A stretch of 64,000 bases of DNA, taken from positions 37,573-101,572 of IMG/VR virus record IMGVR_UViG_3300017707_001811; one strand, written 5' to 3'. Each line of letters starts with the position of its first letter. Position 1 is the first letter of the stretch. The position numbers and the translations under genes were made by a program. This document shows, one piece after another, positions 9,401 to 19,752 of this stretch. The DNA comes from a virus (Duplodnaviria; Heunggongvirae; Uroviricota; Caudoviricetes). A model generated the notes under the pieces. It did not search any database and was not told the DNA's origin. It saw only the letters and a program-made list of their open reading frames with translations.

Positions 9401-12029
9401 CTCAACAACAAGAAAGTTATTAATATTACAAAGAGGAGTTGATGTACATTCTCCACCAATATCTCAAAAAATTGATTTGTCTAGATTATATGGATATCCA
9501 AATTACGGGGCACAAAATAATCAGTTTGTAATTGAGGGTAATTTTAGAATGAATATACCAATACAGGACGGGTCACCTCAAAATGTGTCTGGATTAAAAC
9601 TACCAAGACACAATCAAATACTAACAAATTCTGATGATAGTGAGGGTATTGGTATTTTTTATGACAGTTATTTATTTAATTATTCAAATAACTTTAGTGC
9701 TTTTACAACCACACTACCTAATTATTATTCGGCTTTAGATATAAATGCTTATTGGAATTCGGGTGTATGGAACCCTGGTTGTTCAGGACCCACAAATATG
9801 GTTGAACCAAGTTCTGAAAACACTGTTTCTCAGCAATATATGGTTATTGACATACATAATGGTTTTGGTGTTAATTTTAGTAGATATAAAGCGACTAGTG
9901 ATTCTGCGAGATGCACTAGGTGCTTTCCAATTAATGCTGGACCTATTGCCGATTGTTATTTTAACGGTGACGAAATTGCTTCTTATGGTTGGTACCGAAA
10001 TGTTGGTCAAATTGGTAGTGATTACATTTATAATTCAGAAACCAATAGGGTTTCAGGATACTGGATTGATAGTAATAAAAAAGAATATGTTGAAGGTGGG
10101 TCGGCTATGGGATTTAGATGGAGTAATAGTTATCCTGGTGGCGCTAGATTATATAGTTCTGGATATCAGGGGGGATATCCTAATGCTACTTGGTGTGGTT
10201 ATTCTAATAACAACGAATGTGATGGTGCAATAGCACATTCGTTAGGTAATGTTTTATATTTATCTCCAGCATACGCCGCATTTCCTGAAGTACAAACTGG
10301 GCCTCAAGATTATGTAACACCTAATCATCAAATATCTGTAAACAATAGACATAAAATTGTTTTTAGAACAGATAGATTGCCGACTTCAACAACCCTAAGT
10401 ACAAATGGTAATGGTAATGGATTTTTATTACATCAAAACCCAACCTTTGCAATATTTAAATTCGGTACAGGATGTACGTACGTTCAACAAGGTGGTGAAC
10501 CAGCGAATCAAATTAATTCTGTTGATATTGATTATAATACTTTACCTGGAGGTGAAGACGGGGCTATTGCTAATATATCACAGTCATTAAGTGAATGTAG
10601 TAAAGCTGTAGATTTAAATAGTTATGGTGTTGAAAATAATCAACCTGTTATTTATGACCTTGACCCTTATAGTAAACAAAATAAATACTTATGGTTTAAT
10701 AGAGGTGAAGGGTGTTACAATTTAGTTTCAAGACCTATATTATCATTATTTAGAAAAGACATTCCTGGAGACCCTGATGGTAGAGGTTATAGCGATATCG
10801 CAATGGTGGTTGAATGGGTTCAAAGATTAAAACTTAATTTTGCACTTTGTTTTGACGTAATATCCCACACGTATTCTAATAATTGGATAAACGGTACATT
10901 ATATGCGTACTCTTTCCAAAACACAACGTTTTTTGATAGTCAAAACCAACCATATAGGTTATATTGTAAAGATACTATTTATTTTAATGACTCAATAAAT
11001 AATTACTTCTACAGGAGCAGTCCATATGATGGTATTAATTTTATAGGTAAAGAGGCTTTACCAAACTCAAGCCCATCATCAGTTTACGGTAATTTCAAAA
11101 ATTTATTATACCCAACGACAATATTAGACATTGGGCCAAAAGTTGAATTTATACAAGAATTAGTTAGTTCGGATGAATATGATGGATACATAATAAATCA
11201 GGTGCCATCAACATCATTTAAAAATGTTAGTGATATTCTTAATTTATTTGTTTTAAGTCGATTAATAAACACTACATTTATTCAAACATTAATTCCTTCT
11301 ACTGCAGATGATGGTAATGAGGAAGGTGGTGACGACCCATCAGTCGGAGCATTTTTCGCAAACAAAAGATGGAAAAATGGGGCATTGTATTTTAACGGGT
11401 TAATACCTGGAGTGATTGATGCTGATTATAGTCAGTTAATATCTATTAATTCTGAATTTGGACTTACTGAGTATTCTAGTGAAAGTTATGATAACACTTC
11501 TGTTGTATTTTTAGAGGATGATTTAGGTAATAGTGTATTCGGACTTTTACTTACTGGGGACACCCAAGCTAGAGATTACGTATCTCCAAGAAGAACTATA
11601 TGGAATCAAAACGCAGTTGTACCTGGAACTCAGGCTGATTTTACCTACATACCAACTAAAACCCAAGTAGTACCTTTTTATCAGTGGGAGATTAATTACC
11701 AAAATAACACACCGTCAATTTTTGGATATCAGTCTAATAATTATTTAACAAATACTGGAGCGTTTTTCTCATACAAGTACCAAGGATTAGATAGGTTTAA
11801 TCCTTCTTCGGAGTACTTTGAACCTGATGGTAATTTAATACGTAATTTCAGAGGGTATATTGTTAATTTTGATACAAATGGTAACCCAACATATAACTAC
11901 TCTCAGTCACCAAACAGTCCTGTAACTTTTGGTTCTCCGTTTAATTTCTATTTTGGATTAAAAGTTGGGGGTAGTGCTATGGATAGATTTATAACTAAAT
12001 ATGTAAACACAAATGAAGTGATAATATGA
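6402..12029 (+). CDS. Very large (1875 aa) baseplate/tail-associated structural protein with internal hydrophobic hairpin
   Basis: Position after gp25/gp6; N-terminal prealbumin-like segment (GRV...GLPNAKVAIF...KTNDSGDFMIFGVPVG); Asn/Ser-rich beta-type composition. Confidence 0.6.
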   Translation: MSNSYRIRTEVGVDKYLQVKLEQDYDQLDILSFSIFPNDVYTRNCPDFGVVCGRVFCNKGFGLPNAKVAIFIPISDEDELNPIISTLYPYKSFEDLNEDGYKYNLLPYTKSHSGHVPVGTFPEREDVLLDSSVIEVYDKYYKFTVKTNDSGDFMIFGVPVGQHNLFMQIDLSDIGEFSLTPQDLIRIGRATESQVNGASFKFSENYSELPQIVTLQKIIQVAPFYGQPDICDYYIVRADFDLTTESSITLEPTAVFMGSLISTNDRKKIKRTCKTPAKAGWLCDLITGPGQIETIRQTVDSDVDGRPVLEDFRLENDGKIIDDNGTWVVEVPMNLEYVYTDEYGNRLVSNDPTVGVPTKGKYRFKIKWQQSPKLSEENKRGYFLVPNIKEYGWESSSNDPSNQSIASGSITLNHNSDPQELVFGAQFNDNAININNSQNVQSYEILVNDVVVPEYQTTIPICNLDSGDIVKIRYTLTDTSVDGELFVTILTESQWLQQCSYAYSLSWEDYGNDLMVNEAINCEDRFFELQYNKVYTVSQLLDRVTRQKFPYAPQKSIQIKHITDSKCEGDYNPFPTNDAYFRYDFIYLALTLILTILKFVLVPLVVIVHVLAFLWPIFAIIIIVISVIANIVIAICNGINSVAGLLGLSFDCPSPIPIDSEIFSNNPFKNIKLPLFLYTEDGCERCRCNIDGVDVSDNAYSDSLSQWTAQNSLQNTSNLIDFTSLNSYGNVNYIQSVLLAGSNDPDRPCIDRVPYYNNNSATYYISSSLPIAERLNLFNTKAKYFDNTNSNLSPGNTGWNQIKVTWFPEANGNLNHFDNTLVLLIETTGFSRGDIISFQNPAMSNDINANNITGATSIPETITVRYANPVFGLGESQVTYAMPWYSEEQRELTRTTCFKADIEYFQVLDIVDFDTYKSNANPLSNNDNRFSLPWRFLDSSHIFNGDVGVNGTSSWGFDNSMAYFTESTENANAAIEACRYGVFHKYGSNLDALSYNTFTGSTTRKLLILQRGVDVHSPPISQKIDLSRLYGYPNYGAQNNQFVIEGNFRMNIPIQDGSPQNVSGLKLPRHNQILTNSDDSEGIGIFYDSYLFNYSNNFSAFTTTLPNYYSALDINAYWNSGVWNPGCSGPTNMVEPSSENTVSQQYMVIDIHNGFGVNFSRYKATSDSARCTRCFPINAGPIADCYFNGDEIASYGWYRNVGQIGSDYIYNSETNRVSGYWIDSNKKEYVEGGSAMGFRWSNSYPGGARLYSSGYQGGYPNATWCGYSNNNECDGAIAHSLGNVLYLSPAYAAFPEVQTGPQDYVTPNHQISVNNRHKIVFRTDRLPTSTTLSTNGNGNGFLLHQNPTFAIFKFGTGCTYVQQGGEPANQINSVDIDYNTLPGGEDGAIANISQSLSECSKAVDLNSYGVENNQPVIYDLDPYSKQNKYLWFNRGEGCYNLVSRPILSLFRKDIPGDPDGRGYSDIAMVVEWVQRLKLNFALCFDVISHTYSNNWINGTLYAYSFQNTTFFDSQNQPYRLYCKDTIYFNDSINNYFYRSSPYDGINFIGKEALPNSSPSSVYGNFKNLLYPTTILDIGPKVEFIQELVSSDEYDGYIINQVPSTSFKNVSDILNLFVLSRLINTTFIQTLIPSTADDGNEEGGDDPSVGAFFANKRWKNGALYFNGLIPGVIDADYSQLISINSEFGLTEYSSESYDNTSVVFLEDDLGNSVFGLLLTGDTQARDYVSPRRTIWNQNAVVPGTQADFTYIPTKTQVVPFYQWEINYQNNTPSIFGYQSNNYLTNTGAFFSYKYQGLDRFNPSSEYFEPDGNLIRNFRGYIVNFDTNGNPTYNYSQSPNSPVTFGSPFNFYFGLKVGGSAMDRFITKYVNTNEVII

Positions 12030-13801
12030 GCGATTTAGGTAGTATAAATTTTGTAAAAGGTAGTTTAAGGTATAAAGGTGCCGTTGAGGAAGGTATTGAT
12101 TTAACAATACCGCTAAGTGGTAAAATAAAAGAATTAGATGAATTTGAAAGAAATATATCGGCTAGTTTAGGTGAGGTTTATAATATGGAAAGACAAAAGT
12201 CTACCTTATTTGTACCGACATGTAAATTCCAAGTTATTTTTTCAAATTCATATACAGGACTAACACAAACACCTTTTAATCCTTATCCTCCATTTAATAA
12301 TAATTTATATTATTTTGATGAGTTAAATTATAAACAGTTACAATTATTACAACCAAACACAATTGCTTGGGCGGGTTACCCACAGTATAATGAATTTAAT
12401 TTTATCAGAACTGATTATAATATAGAAGGATACACTGCCCCACCACAATATCATGTTTATTCTGAACCCATGGAGGCGACAAGATATAATTGGTATTTTT
12501 ATTTAACATATACCAATTCAAGTGACGACAGTAGATTTTTACAATATGAGTTTTCTGATGGACAAATTATTAATTGGCAACCAAAGAATGGAATACCGTA
12601 CCAAATGACTCAAACAACATTCAACGGTAAAAATGTTTGGAAGTTTAAATGTCCAGTAAACCATAATTTAAAAGTTGGTGAATACGTTGAGTTAGATTTT
12701 GATATACAGGGAGTGGTAAGATTCCAAGTGTATACCTTAGGCGACGAGATTTATGGTTCAGAAGATAAGATTTTTAATATTTTAGATGTTGGTTTTCCTA
12801 CATCACCTTCACCAGGATTTGGATTAAATAACATTGGTCAATTTAAAAGAATTGTTAATAATGATAATCCAATTGAAAGTAAATCAGAATATTATGTTAG
12901 AAAACACAAAGTATTAACTAATTACACAGGTTCGGTTGTTACTAATTCAGGGTTTGAACAAAACGCATTTAGAACCACCAAAAAATACGAATCAAAAGAA
13001 TTAACACCTAATTTTTTAGCAAGAACTTCTATAAAAGAGGGTTCACAGTCCTATAATATATCATTTCAAGAAACACTTAATATAAATGGATTATATGATA
13101 ATAAAAATAGACCTATAAGTGAATTATTTGTAACTGTAGTTAATAGAGGTTATTTTGGATATTTTAATAAACCATTCCCGACAGGTACAGGTAACGCATT
13201 AAAAGAAGGATGGGCATTTAATATTTCATCTGAAACAACAAATTGGTGGAACCGAAATAATATAAATTCTGAAGTCAATTTGGGTACAAATTATTTTAGC
13301 CCAATAATACCTGGATACCAAAATAGATTTTTTTGGTCAAATGATTCTTATGAAATAGGTGATGAGATTTATGGTGACTTATGTGAGTGGAATAATATTA
13401 CACAACAAGAAACAGTAATATCTAAATACTACCAAAAATTCACATATAATCCTGACAATTTTAATATTGGTGGTAGTATAGATAACCCATTAGGGTATTA
13501 TTATAATCCTCATTATAATATTAAAATTAAAGATTTTTCTGACTATATAGAAGAAAGCTCTACAATAAACGTTGTAGACATCCCAAACTATGCGTATTAC
13601 TCACAATATGAAAATAGATTTATATGGAGAGATATGTATTCTTATGGTTTTATTGATTCTGACGGTAATGGTGTTGATTATCCATTTATGAATAACAAAC
13701 ACTATCCTTATGAAAATTTTATTTTTAGGATAATACCTGAAGGCTCAAATATTACACAAATAAGCACAATAGAAATACCTATAATAGATGATTGTGAATA
13801 A
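12026..13801 (+). CDS. Hypothetical tail/baseplate structural protein
   Basis: 591-aa ORF with ATGA coupling inside the structural module. Confidence 0.55.
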   Translation: MSDLGSINFVKGSLRYKGAVEEGIDLTIPLSGKIKELDEFERNISASLGEVYNMERQKSTLFVPTCKFQVIFSNSYTGLTQTPFNPYPPFNNNLYYFDELNYKQLQLLQPNTIAWAGYPQYNEFNFIRTDYNIEGYTAPPQYHVYSEPMEATRYNWYFYLTYTNSSDDSRFLQYEFSDGQIINWQPKNGIPYQMTQTTFNGKNVWKFKCPVNHNLKVGEYVELDFDIQGVVRFQVYTLGDEIYGSEDKIFNILDVGFPTSPSPGFGLNNIGQFKRIVNNDNPIESKSEYYVRKHKVLTNYTGSVVTNSGFEQNAFRTTKKYESKELTPNFLARTSIKEGSQSYNISFQETLNINGLYDNKNRPISELFVTVVNRGYFGYFNKPFPTGTGNALKEGWAFNISSETTNWWNRNNINSEVNLGTNYFSPIIPGYQNRFFWSNDSYEIGDEIYGDLCEWNNITQQETVISKYYQKFTYNPDNFNIGGSIDNPLGYYYNPHYNIKIKDFSDYIEESSTINVVDIPNYAYYSQYENRFIWRDMYSYGFIDSDGNGVDYPFMNNKHYPYENFIFRIIPEGSNITQISTIEIPIIDDCE

Positions 13802-14792
13802 AATAAAATTAACCCCATCATTTAATGATAGAACTGTCCAAATTCCTATTGGTCAAAATTGGGATTTATTAAATCGCTCAGATACGATTGATTCGTACGA
13901 AACGACAGTATTAGAAGAAGTAATTGGATTACCTATTAATTATGAGTTAGATAGGTTCTCAAGAGATTTAAATGGTGGAAAAACGCAACAAATATATACT
14001 TTTTATTTTAAAAAACCAAATACTGATGTGTGGGAAAATAGTTTCACATACAGTGAAAGGTTTACATTAAATGAAGTTAGAAAAAAAGTTAATTCATTTA
14101 AGAATTCTTTTTTTAAGTTGGACTTATATGATACCATGGACCCTAAGAAACAAAAAATTTATTTATCAATAATTATTAGGCCAACTAATGGTAATGTTAT
14201 AAGTAGAGATTGTATTGAGTATTTGTTCAATCCAAAATTTGATGGGGAATTAAGATATAAGGATTGTTGTGATGTTTCAAATATTATTAATGTAACTAGC
14301 GAAAATCCTGTACCAATATGTAGCTTAGCGGGTACATCTGCTTATTTTATAACTAACACCGCTGGTTATCCTGTAAATTTCGCAAATAGTAATCCTGGGG
14401 TGTATACATCTACCGCATCTCAGTCATGTGACTGTAACGACCCTAATTCTAGTTTTGAGGCGGATGATTCTATAGTACCGATATTCACGTTAGACCACGT
14501 TGGTAACCAAGAAGGGTATTATATATATTGGTTTCAAGACAAAGATTTAATAGATGTTGATTACTTGTATATGACATCTAAATTTTTTGATGCGAAAGAC
14601 GGTACATATACAAAATTTACAACAAAATCACAAAATAATTTTTCTGACCCATATCAGATACCTAATGAATATTTTTATTACAGAGTTAAATTTGATTATG
14701 GAGATAAAGTATATAGAATTTTAGATGCAATAAATGATATTGACTTATCAAACGTAAGTTGGTTCGAATATGAAAACCCTCCTTTAGTATAA
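13788..14792 (+). CDS. Hypothetical structural protein with Cys-containing insert
   Basis: 334-aa ORF coupled to neighbours; DCCDV and SCDC motifs. Confidence 0.5.
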   Translation: MIVNKIKLTPSFNDRTVQIPIGQNWDLLNRSDTIDSYETTVLEEVIGLPINYELDRFSRDLNGGKTQQIYTFYFKKPNTDVWENSFTYSERFTLNEVRKKVNSFKNSFFKLDLYDTMDPKKQKIYLSIIIRPTNGNVISRDCIEYLFNPKFDGELRYKDCCDVSNIINVTSENPVPICSLAGTSAYFITNTAGYPVNFANSNPGVYTSTASQSCDCNDPNSSFEADDSIVPIFTLDHVGNQEGYYIYWFQDKDLIDVDYLYMTSKFFDAKDGTYTKFTTKSQNNFSDPYQIPNEYFYYRVKFDYGDKVYRILDAINDIDLSNVSWFEYENPPLV

Positions 14793-14793
14793 T

Positions 14794-15882
14794 ATGGAAA
14801 TTTTTAAAATTAAAATATCGCCAGAAGTTTTAAAGTATGATATTGAAACTATCACAAGTAGTGGATTTACATTTGGATATTACCCAAGTCTACCTAATAT
14901 TTTATCTGGAGGTACTAATGGTCAGTCATTATTAACAGATTTGTCAATTCCTATATTACTTAAAAGTGATTATAATGATATTGGATATTATTCTGTGTTT
15001 GATGGTGATTTATCACAATGTATAGAAGATGTTAATTTTATATTTTCAGGTAATACACTATCACCATATCAAATTTGTATATATAATACATCTAATAATC
15101 TTGCTAATTACTTACAAGAAACAACTTATTTTGTAAATTGGGGTGACGGTAATATCGAACAAGTTACAAATTTTATACCTGAGTCTGTTTGTCATTTATA
15201 TTCTAATGTTGATACGGATGTTACTTATACTATTTCATTTACAGGAAGTAACAATATTGGTAACTTCATTATTGAAAAGGATATAAAGATACCATATACT
15301 ATTGACCCTATAACTAATCCATACGGTACGGTAACATTCCAAGTAAACCAAGGTTCGTGGTCGACAATCCCAACATCACAAAATTATATTTTTACTGGTG
15401 ATAGTGAAACAAGTGTAAATTCACAAATTAGCTCAAACTATGTTAGTACTCCTTTTGTTGTGTCTGGTTTCACCCAATCAAGATTAAACGAATTAGAAAC
15501 CTACGGAGCGTCACCATATATAAATGATTTAATAATTCAAATTGAAGATGGAGGTACGGGTTATGTAATGTCACAAAGTCCAGAATATACTTCATATACA
15601 ATAAATGATTTAGTATACTTTGACTATTCAGGAGGTACTACTGCATTTATTTGTTATTCGTCAGGTATTACAACAGATATGATTGTTTCTTCGGCGATGA
15701 CAAAATTTGAGTATTTAATGAACATAATTGACCAACCAGAAATACAAACAAATGTATTTATTGAAAGAGGTAAAAACTCAGGATTAGAAAATTTTAGGAG
15801 AATTGGTGAAGTAAGAGGTATGGAACAATTAGTAACATATGGATACAAATTTTTTAATGTTGTGAATTACAATGAAATATAA
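14794..15882 (+). CDS. Hypothetical structural protein with PKD-like segment
   Basis: YFVNWGDG..E...H.Y...YTISFTG resembles PKD/Ig-like strands; rich in [ST]Gx[ST]. Confidence 0.5.
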   Translation: MEIFKIKISPEVLKYDIETITSSGFTFGYYPSLPNILSGGTNGQSLLTDLSIPILLKSDYNDIGYYSVFDGDLSQCIEDVNFIFSGNTLSPYQICIYNTSNNLANYLQETTYFVNWGDGNIEQVTNFIPESVCHLYSNVDTDVTYTISFTGSNNIGNFIIEKDIKIPYTIDPITNPYGTVTFQVNQGSWSTIPTSQNYIFTGDSETSVNSQISSNYVSTPFVVSGFTQSRLNELETYGASPYINDLIIQIEDGGTGYVMSQSPEYTSYTINDLVYFDYSGGTTAFICYSSGITTDMIVSSAMTKFEYLMNIIDQPEIQTNVFIERGKNSGLENFRRIGEVRGMEQLVTYGYKFFNVVNYNEI

Positions 15883-15901
15883 ACTTTAAATTTTTTTTAA
15901 A

Positions 15902-16807
15902 TTGGCTACAGGAAATTACGGAATAGTTAGACCATCAGACGTTAGTCCTGAGGATGTTGAGATTATTCTACACTATACACCCTCAAGAGATGATACTACA
16001 AATTTTACGTTAACAAAATTAGATTCTCTTCAATACTTAACACCATACTACAACAACAGTAGTACTGGCGGTAATAATAATGAACTACTTGGAGGACTGT
16101 ATAATCTTAGATTACCTGCAGATGAATTTAATGCTTTAGGAATTTATACTTTATATTTTAGACCTTCACAAATAAGAACAAAAATAAATGATTGCGGTGT
16201 TCTATCGTCTTCACCGAATGTTAAAGGTATAATTATAAATCTACAAGACGTACCTACTGAATATAGAAATAAATTTGTCAATCAAGGACTTGTTGGATTT
16301 AGAGTGGAGTATTTAAATTCTGATGGAACTAAAATACCTAATTTTTTTAGAATAGTGACTTCTTGTTTTTATTGTGAACCAGTTACCCAAAATTTAACAA
16401 ATACTATACAAAAAGCGGTAAGGTATCGATACACAGATGGTACTAGTGATTTACTATTTTGTACATTGTCACCATCGGCATCACCAACAGTAAAACCAAA
16501 TGCGACTCCATATATTGGGGTACCAAATCAAAATATTGTTTTTACAAATACTTTTTTTAACCCAACAGTGGTTGAAGTTGAGATTGTCGAACATGACTCC
16601 TCAACTATTGCAATTGCATTATATGGTAATCAAACGAAATCAATTGATGATGGAATTTATACTATATACGATAGCGATAATAATATATATAAACAATATA
16701 ATCTTTATGAAATCCGAGACCAATTCAACGAACTTCTTTATGAAGTTAGACAAGACAGAGGGGATGATATTGATAACACTAAGAACTTTGAAAATATAAT
16801 TTCATAA
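15902..16807 (+). CDS. Conserved-looking hypothetical structural protein (TTG start)
   Basis: 301-aa ORF, MATGNYGIVRP start, higher-complexity sequence than its neighbours. Confidence 0.55.
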   Translation: MATGNYGIVRPSDVSPEDVEIILHYTPSRDDTTNFTLTKLDSLQYLTPYYNNSSTGGNNNELLGGLYNLRLPADEFNALGIYTLYFRPSQIRTKINDCGVLSSSPNVKGIIINLQDVPTEYRNKFVNQGLVGFRVEYLNSDGTKIPNFFRIVTSCFYCEPVTQNLTNTIQKAVRYRYTDGTSDLLFCTLSPSASPTVKPNATPYIGVPNQNIVFTNTFFNPTVVEVEIVEHDSSTIAIALYGNQTKSIDDGIYTIYDSDNNIYKQYNLYEIRDQFNELLYEVRQDRGDDIDNTKNFENIIS

Positions 16808-19749
16808 TGGCTAAATACGCTTGTCCACCACAAAAACCTAGCGGTGCTGGTTCTTTCTCAGACAACCTTGTTGGTTTACAAATCGTACAAGGTGGAGGAC
16901 TTACGCAAGGTAATTTCCAATTTACAACAAGTGTAGTTGAAAAAGTTAATAGGACATTTGATATTGGTGTATTTTCAGAACCAATATCACTTTCTGATTT
17001 AGATATAACTTCAATTGACCAAGCCCAACAAATTTATAATGCTAATTTTAAAGTATACCCAAATTTTGACGAAACAAATATTTTAAACTTTGTCGCATAC
17101 GGGCCATTAACTAATAGATTTTCAGCCGCGGTAACTAATATAGTTAATTTTTACCCTGCGGCTTTAGAGGTTGATAAAATGAGGTTAAATTTAACAACAG
17201 GGTCAACCGCTTTTAATATAACCTATGATAGTTTAGAAAATCTCACAAGTTTAGATATTTCTGTTGCATCTATTAAGAATCCTTTTTCTATAGATTTTAC
17301 TACAAATGCAACTCAAAATATAAATAACTTAGAATTTGAAGTTTCAAAGTATAGAAATTTAACTAGTGAATTTGTTAATTATATTTTACAGGTAAATAAT
17401 AATTCATACGAATTATTTGATATTACACCTACAACATCAATAAGTGCTGGTACACTATCAATAATAGTTGTTGGTGACCCATTTAGTGGACAATCAGTAT
17501 CCTACGATTCTTTAGTTATAAGACCAAATGATACAATAGTTAATGAGGTTTTTAATTTAGAATTAGATGAGGTAGAAGAATTACTTTTAAACCGATATAT
17601 TACACCAAGATATACCGCGAAATTCCAAGTACCTACCGAAGGTGATGATGGAACAATATTCATTAAATTTCAAAGCGTAACATGGAATTTAGACGGACAA
17701 TGGAATATTGATATAAGAACTTCCGCCTTTCAAGATTATATTGAAACTTTAAATTTAATAGGGGAAGATTTTGATACATTTAGGACCGATTTAGTTTCAA
17801 GATTTTATACGACAGACGCATTTAAAGAGTTTGATACTAGCGACAATAAAGTTGCAAAAGTATTGAAAATTTATGGACGTAGTTTTGACGAGACTAAAAA
17901 ATATATCGATGCCATAACTCACATGACATCAATAAATTATAATGTTGGTAATGATGTACCGTCAAAATTACTGGTTAACATTGCTCAAACATTAGGATGG
18001 TCAACAAATATATCCCCAATACAGAACAGTGGATTTATTACTTCTTTATATGGACAAACACAAAATGAGTTTCCAGGATATTCGGACAGTAAAACATTAG
18101 AAGAATTACAATATCAGTATTATAGAAATTTAATAATGAATTCAGGTTATCTTTTTAGGTCTAAAGGAACTAGAAAGTCTATAGAATTTTTATTAAATTT
18201 TATAGGGGCACCAGAGGCACTAATTGAGTTTAATGAAAATGTTTATTTAGCGGATGGTCCTATATCTATTGAACAATTTGATGAATTATATATAACGATT
18301 ACTGGAGGGACCTACGCCCCAACATTACCACAGTTAGATTCAAATAACACATATAGATTTAATGGAGTAACCTATTCGGCATTTACTTCTTCAACATCAA
18401 TAATTGATATATCAACAACCATCAATGATTTCCCAATAGACGATAATGGATATCCATCGTCACCACAAGATACTGATAATATGTTTTTCCAAAAAGGAGA
18501 AGGGTGGTTTGAATCAACACCACAACATAGAAGTCCTGAAATAGTTGACAACACTAATAGTGTTTTTACTGGACAAAACTTCAATGTTCAAACATCATTA
18601 GAACCTTTTACATATGGTGAAAAATATTTAGATATTTATAGAAATTTTCCATATTTAGGTATTGGATTTGAAATTCTTAAAACAAATGACAATAAAAAAT
18701 CTTGGTCAAATTCTGATAGTGAATTTAGAAAATCTTTAAATGCTGGGTATAATTCATTATACGAAGTTAGTGATGATAAACTTGTTATAAACGTTAAGAA
18801 TATCGATTTATTTTTAAATCCTGCACAAGCATTGGCTTATGATGTGTGGTACCTATCAAATACAAAAAGTTACCCAATACCAAGTACAGGACTATCATCA
18901 CCATATCCACAAACAGGAGGTACTGATTGGACATTTATCAATCCTAAACCACAAAATAAAACTTTCTATGAGTTTTATAGAACATTTTGGAGTAATATGA
19001 TAAATGTTAGAAATAGACAATTTTCTTCAGATGGAAAAACTAGCGGATACCCAACACTACAGTCTATTTTTTGGAAATATCTAACAATGTACCAAGACGT
19101 TGGAATTGAAAATAATAACTTCAATTATCAAAATATGATAAACTACATTGAAGGAATAGGTGATTATTGGATAAGACTTGTCGAACAATTTATTCCCGCA
19201 ACTACTATATGGAATACAGGAACTAAATTAGAGAATTCAATTTTCCACAGACAAAAATTTATTTACAGACCACAAAGAGGTTGTTTTACAATAGAAGAAG
19301 AAATCTCAGGACCACAGGTCGGAGGAGGATATAATAACAATGATTGTAGTGAAACTCAATTCATTGTTGACATGGAATATGATTTAAACAACATCCAAAC
19401 TCAGTACAATTTATCTAAACTTGCTTTAGATTGTGACCCTAGCACAACAACTATAGTTAGTATGCAATATGGTTTTGATATTGTGATTACAAATTATGAC
19501 GGAACTTCAAATACTTTATCTTATATTGACCCAGTTGTATTTTTAGCGGGTTCATTAGATATTACTGAGACTCAGTGGTATGATTTTATTGCTCAAGGAA
19601 TGTCGTATATTTTCTTAGAACTCGCTCAATTAGGTATTGGATATACTAAAAATGGTTATAATTTAATATTTACATCTGAAAATTGTGAAGTAATAGATAG
19701 TATTGAATTAGAATTAAAATTCATAAATGTTCAATTAACATGTATCTAA
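16807..19749 (+). CDS. Baseplate/tail protein containing P2 gpI / T4 gp7-like segment
   Basis: LVNIAQTLGW...YLFRSKGTRKSIEFLLNFIG matches the tail_P2_I-type KGT motif; the later VEQFIPATT is typical of the same family. Confidence 0.6.
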   Translation: MAKYACPPQKPSGAGSFSDNLVGLQIVQGGGLTQGNFQFTTSVVEKVNRTFDIGVFSEPISLSDLDITSIDQAQQIYNANFKVYPNFDETNILNFVAYGPLTNRFSAAVTNIVNFYPAALEVDKMRLNLTTGSTAFNITYDSLENLTSLDISVASIKNPFSIDFTTNATQNINNLEFEVSKYRNLTSEFVNYILQVNNNSYELFDITPTTSISAGTLSIIVVGDPFSGQSVSYDSLVIRPNDTIVNEVFNLELDEVEELLLNRYITPRYTAKFQVPTEGDDGTIFIKFQSVTWNLDGQWNIDIRTSAFQDYIETLNLIGEDFDTFRTDLVSRFYTTDAFKEFDTSDNKVAKVLKIYGRSFDETKKYIDAITHMTSINYNVGNDVPSKLLVNIAQTLGWSTNISPIQNSGFITSLYGQTQNEFPGYSDSKTLEELQYQYYRNLIMNSGYLFRSKGTRKSIEFLLNFIGAPEALIEFNENVYLADGPISIEQFDELYITITGGTYAPTLPQLDSNNTYRFNGVTYSAFTSSTSIIDISTTINDFPIDDNGYPSSPQDTDNMFFQKGEGWFESTPQHRSPEIVDNTNSVFTGQNFNVQTSLEPFTYGEKYLDIYRNFPYLGIGFEILKTNDNKKSWSNSDSEFRKSLNAGYNSLYEVSDDKLVINVKNIDLFLNPAQALAYDVWYLSNTKSYPIPSTGLSSPYPQTGGTDWTFINPKPQNKTFYEFYRTFWSNMINVRNRQFSSDGKTSGYPTLQSIFWKYLTMYQDVGIENNNFNYQNMINYIEGIGDYWIRLVEQFIPATTIWNTGTKLENSIFHRQKFIYRPQRGCFTIEEEISGPQVGGGYNNNDCSETQFIVDMEYDLNNIQTQYNLSKLALDCDPSTTTIVSMQYGFDIVITNYDGTSNTLSYIDPVVFLAGSLDITETQWYDFIAQGMSYIFLELAQLGIGYTKNGYNLIFTSENCEVIDSIELELKFINVQLTCI

Positions 19750-19752
19750 TAG

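Noticed and set aside
9745-10233. 162-aa and other overlapping ORFs inside large genes (e.g. 3142..3516, 16500..16799, 23492..23791, 24728..25096, 35119..35460, 46500..46859, 49963..50304)
   Set aside because: Fully nested in well-supported genes, with no motifs; stop-poor shadow frames.
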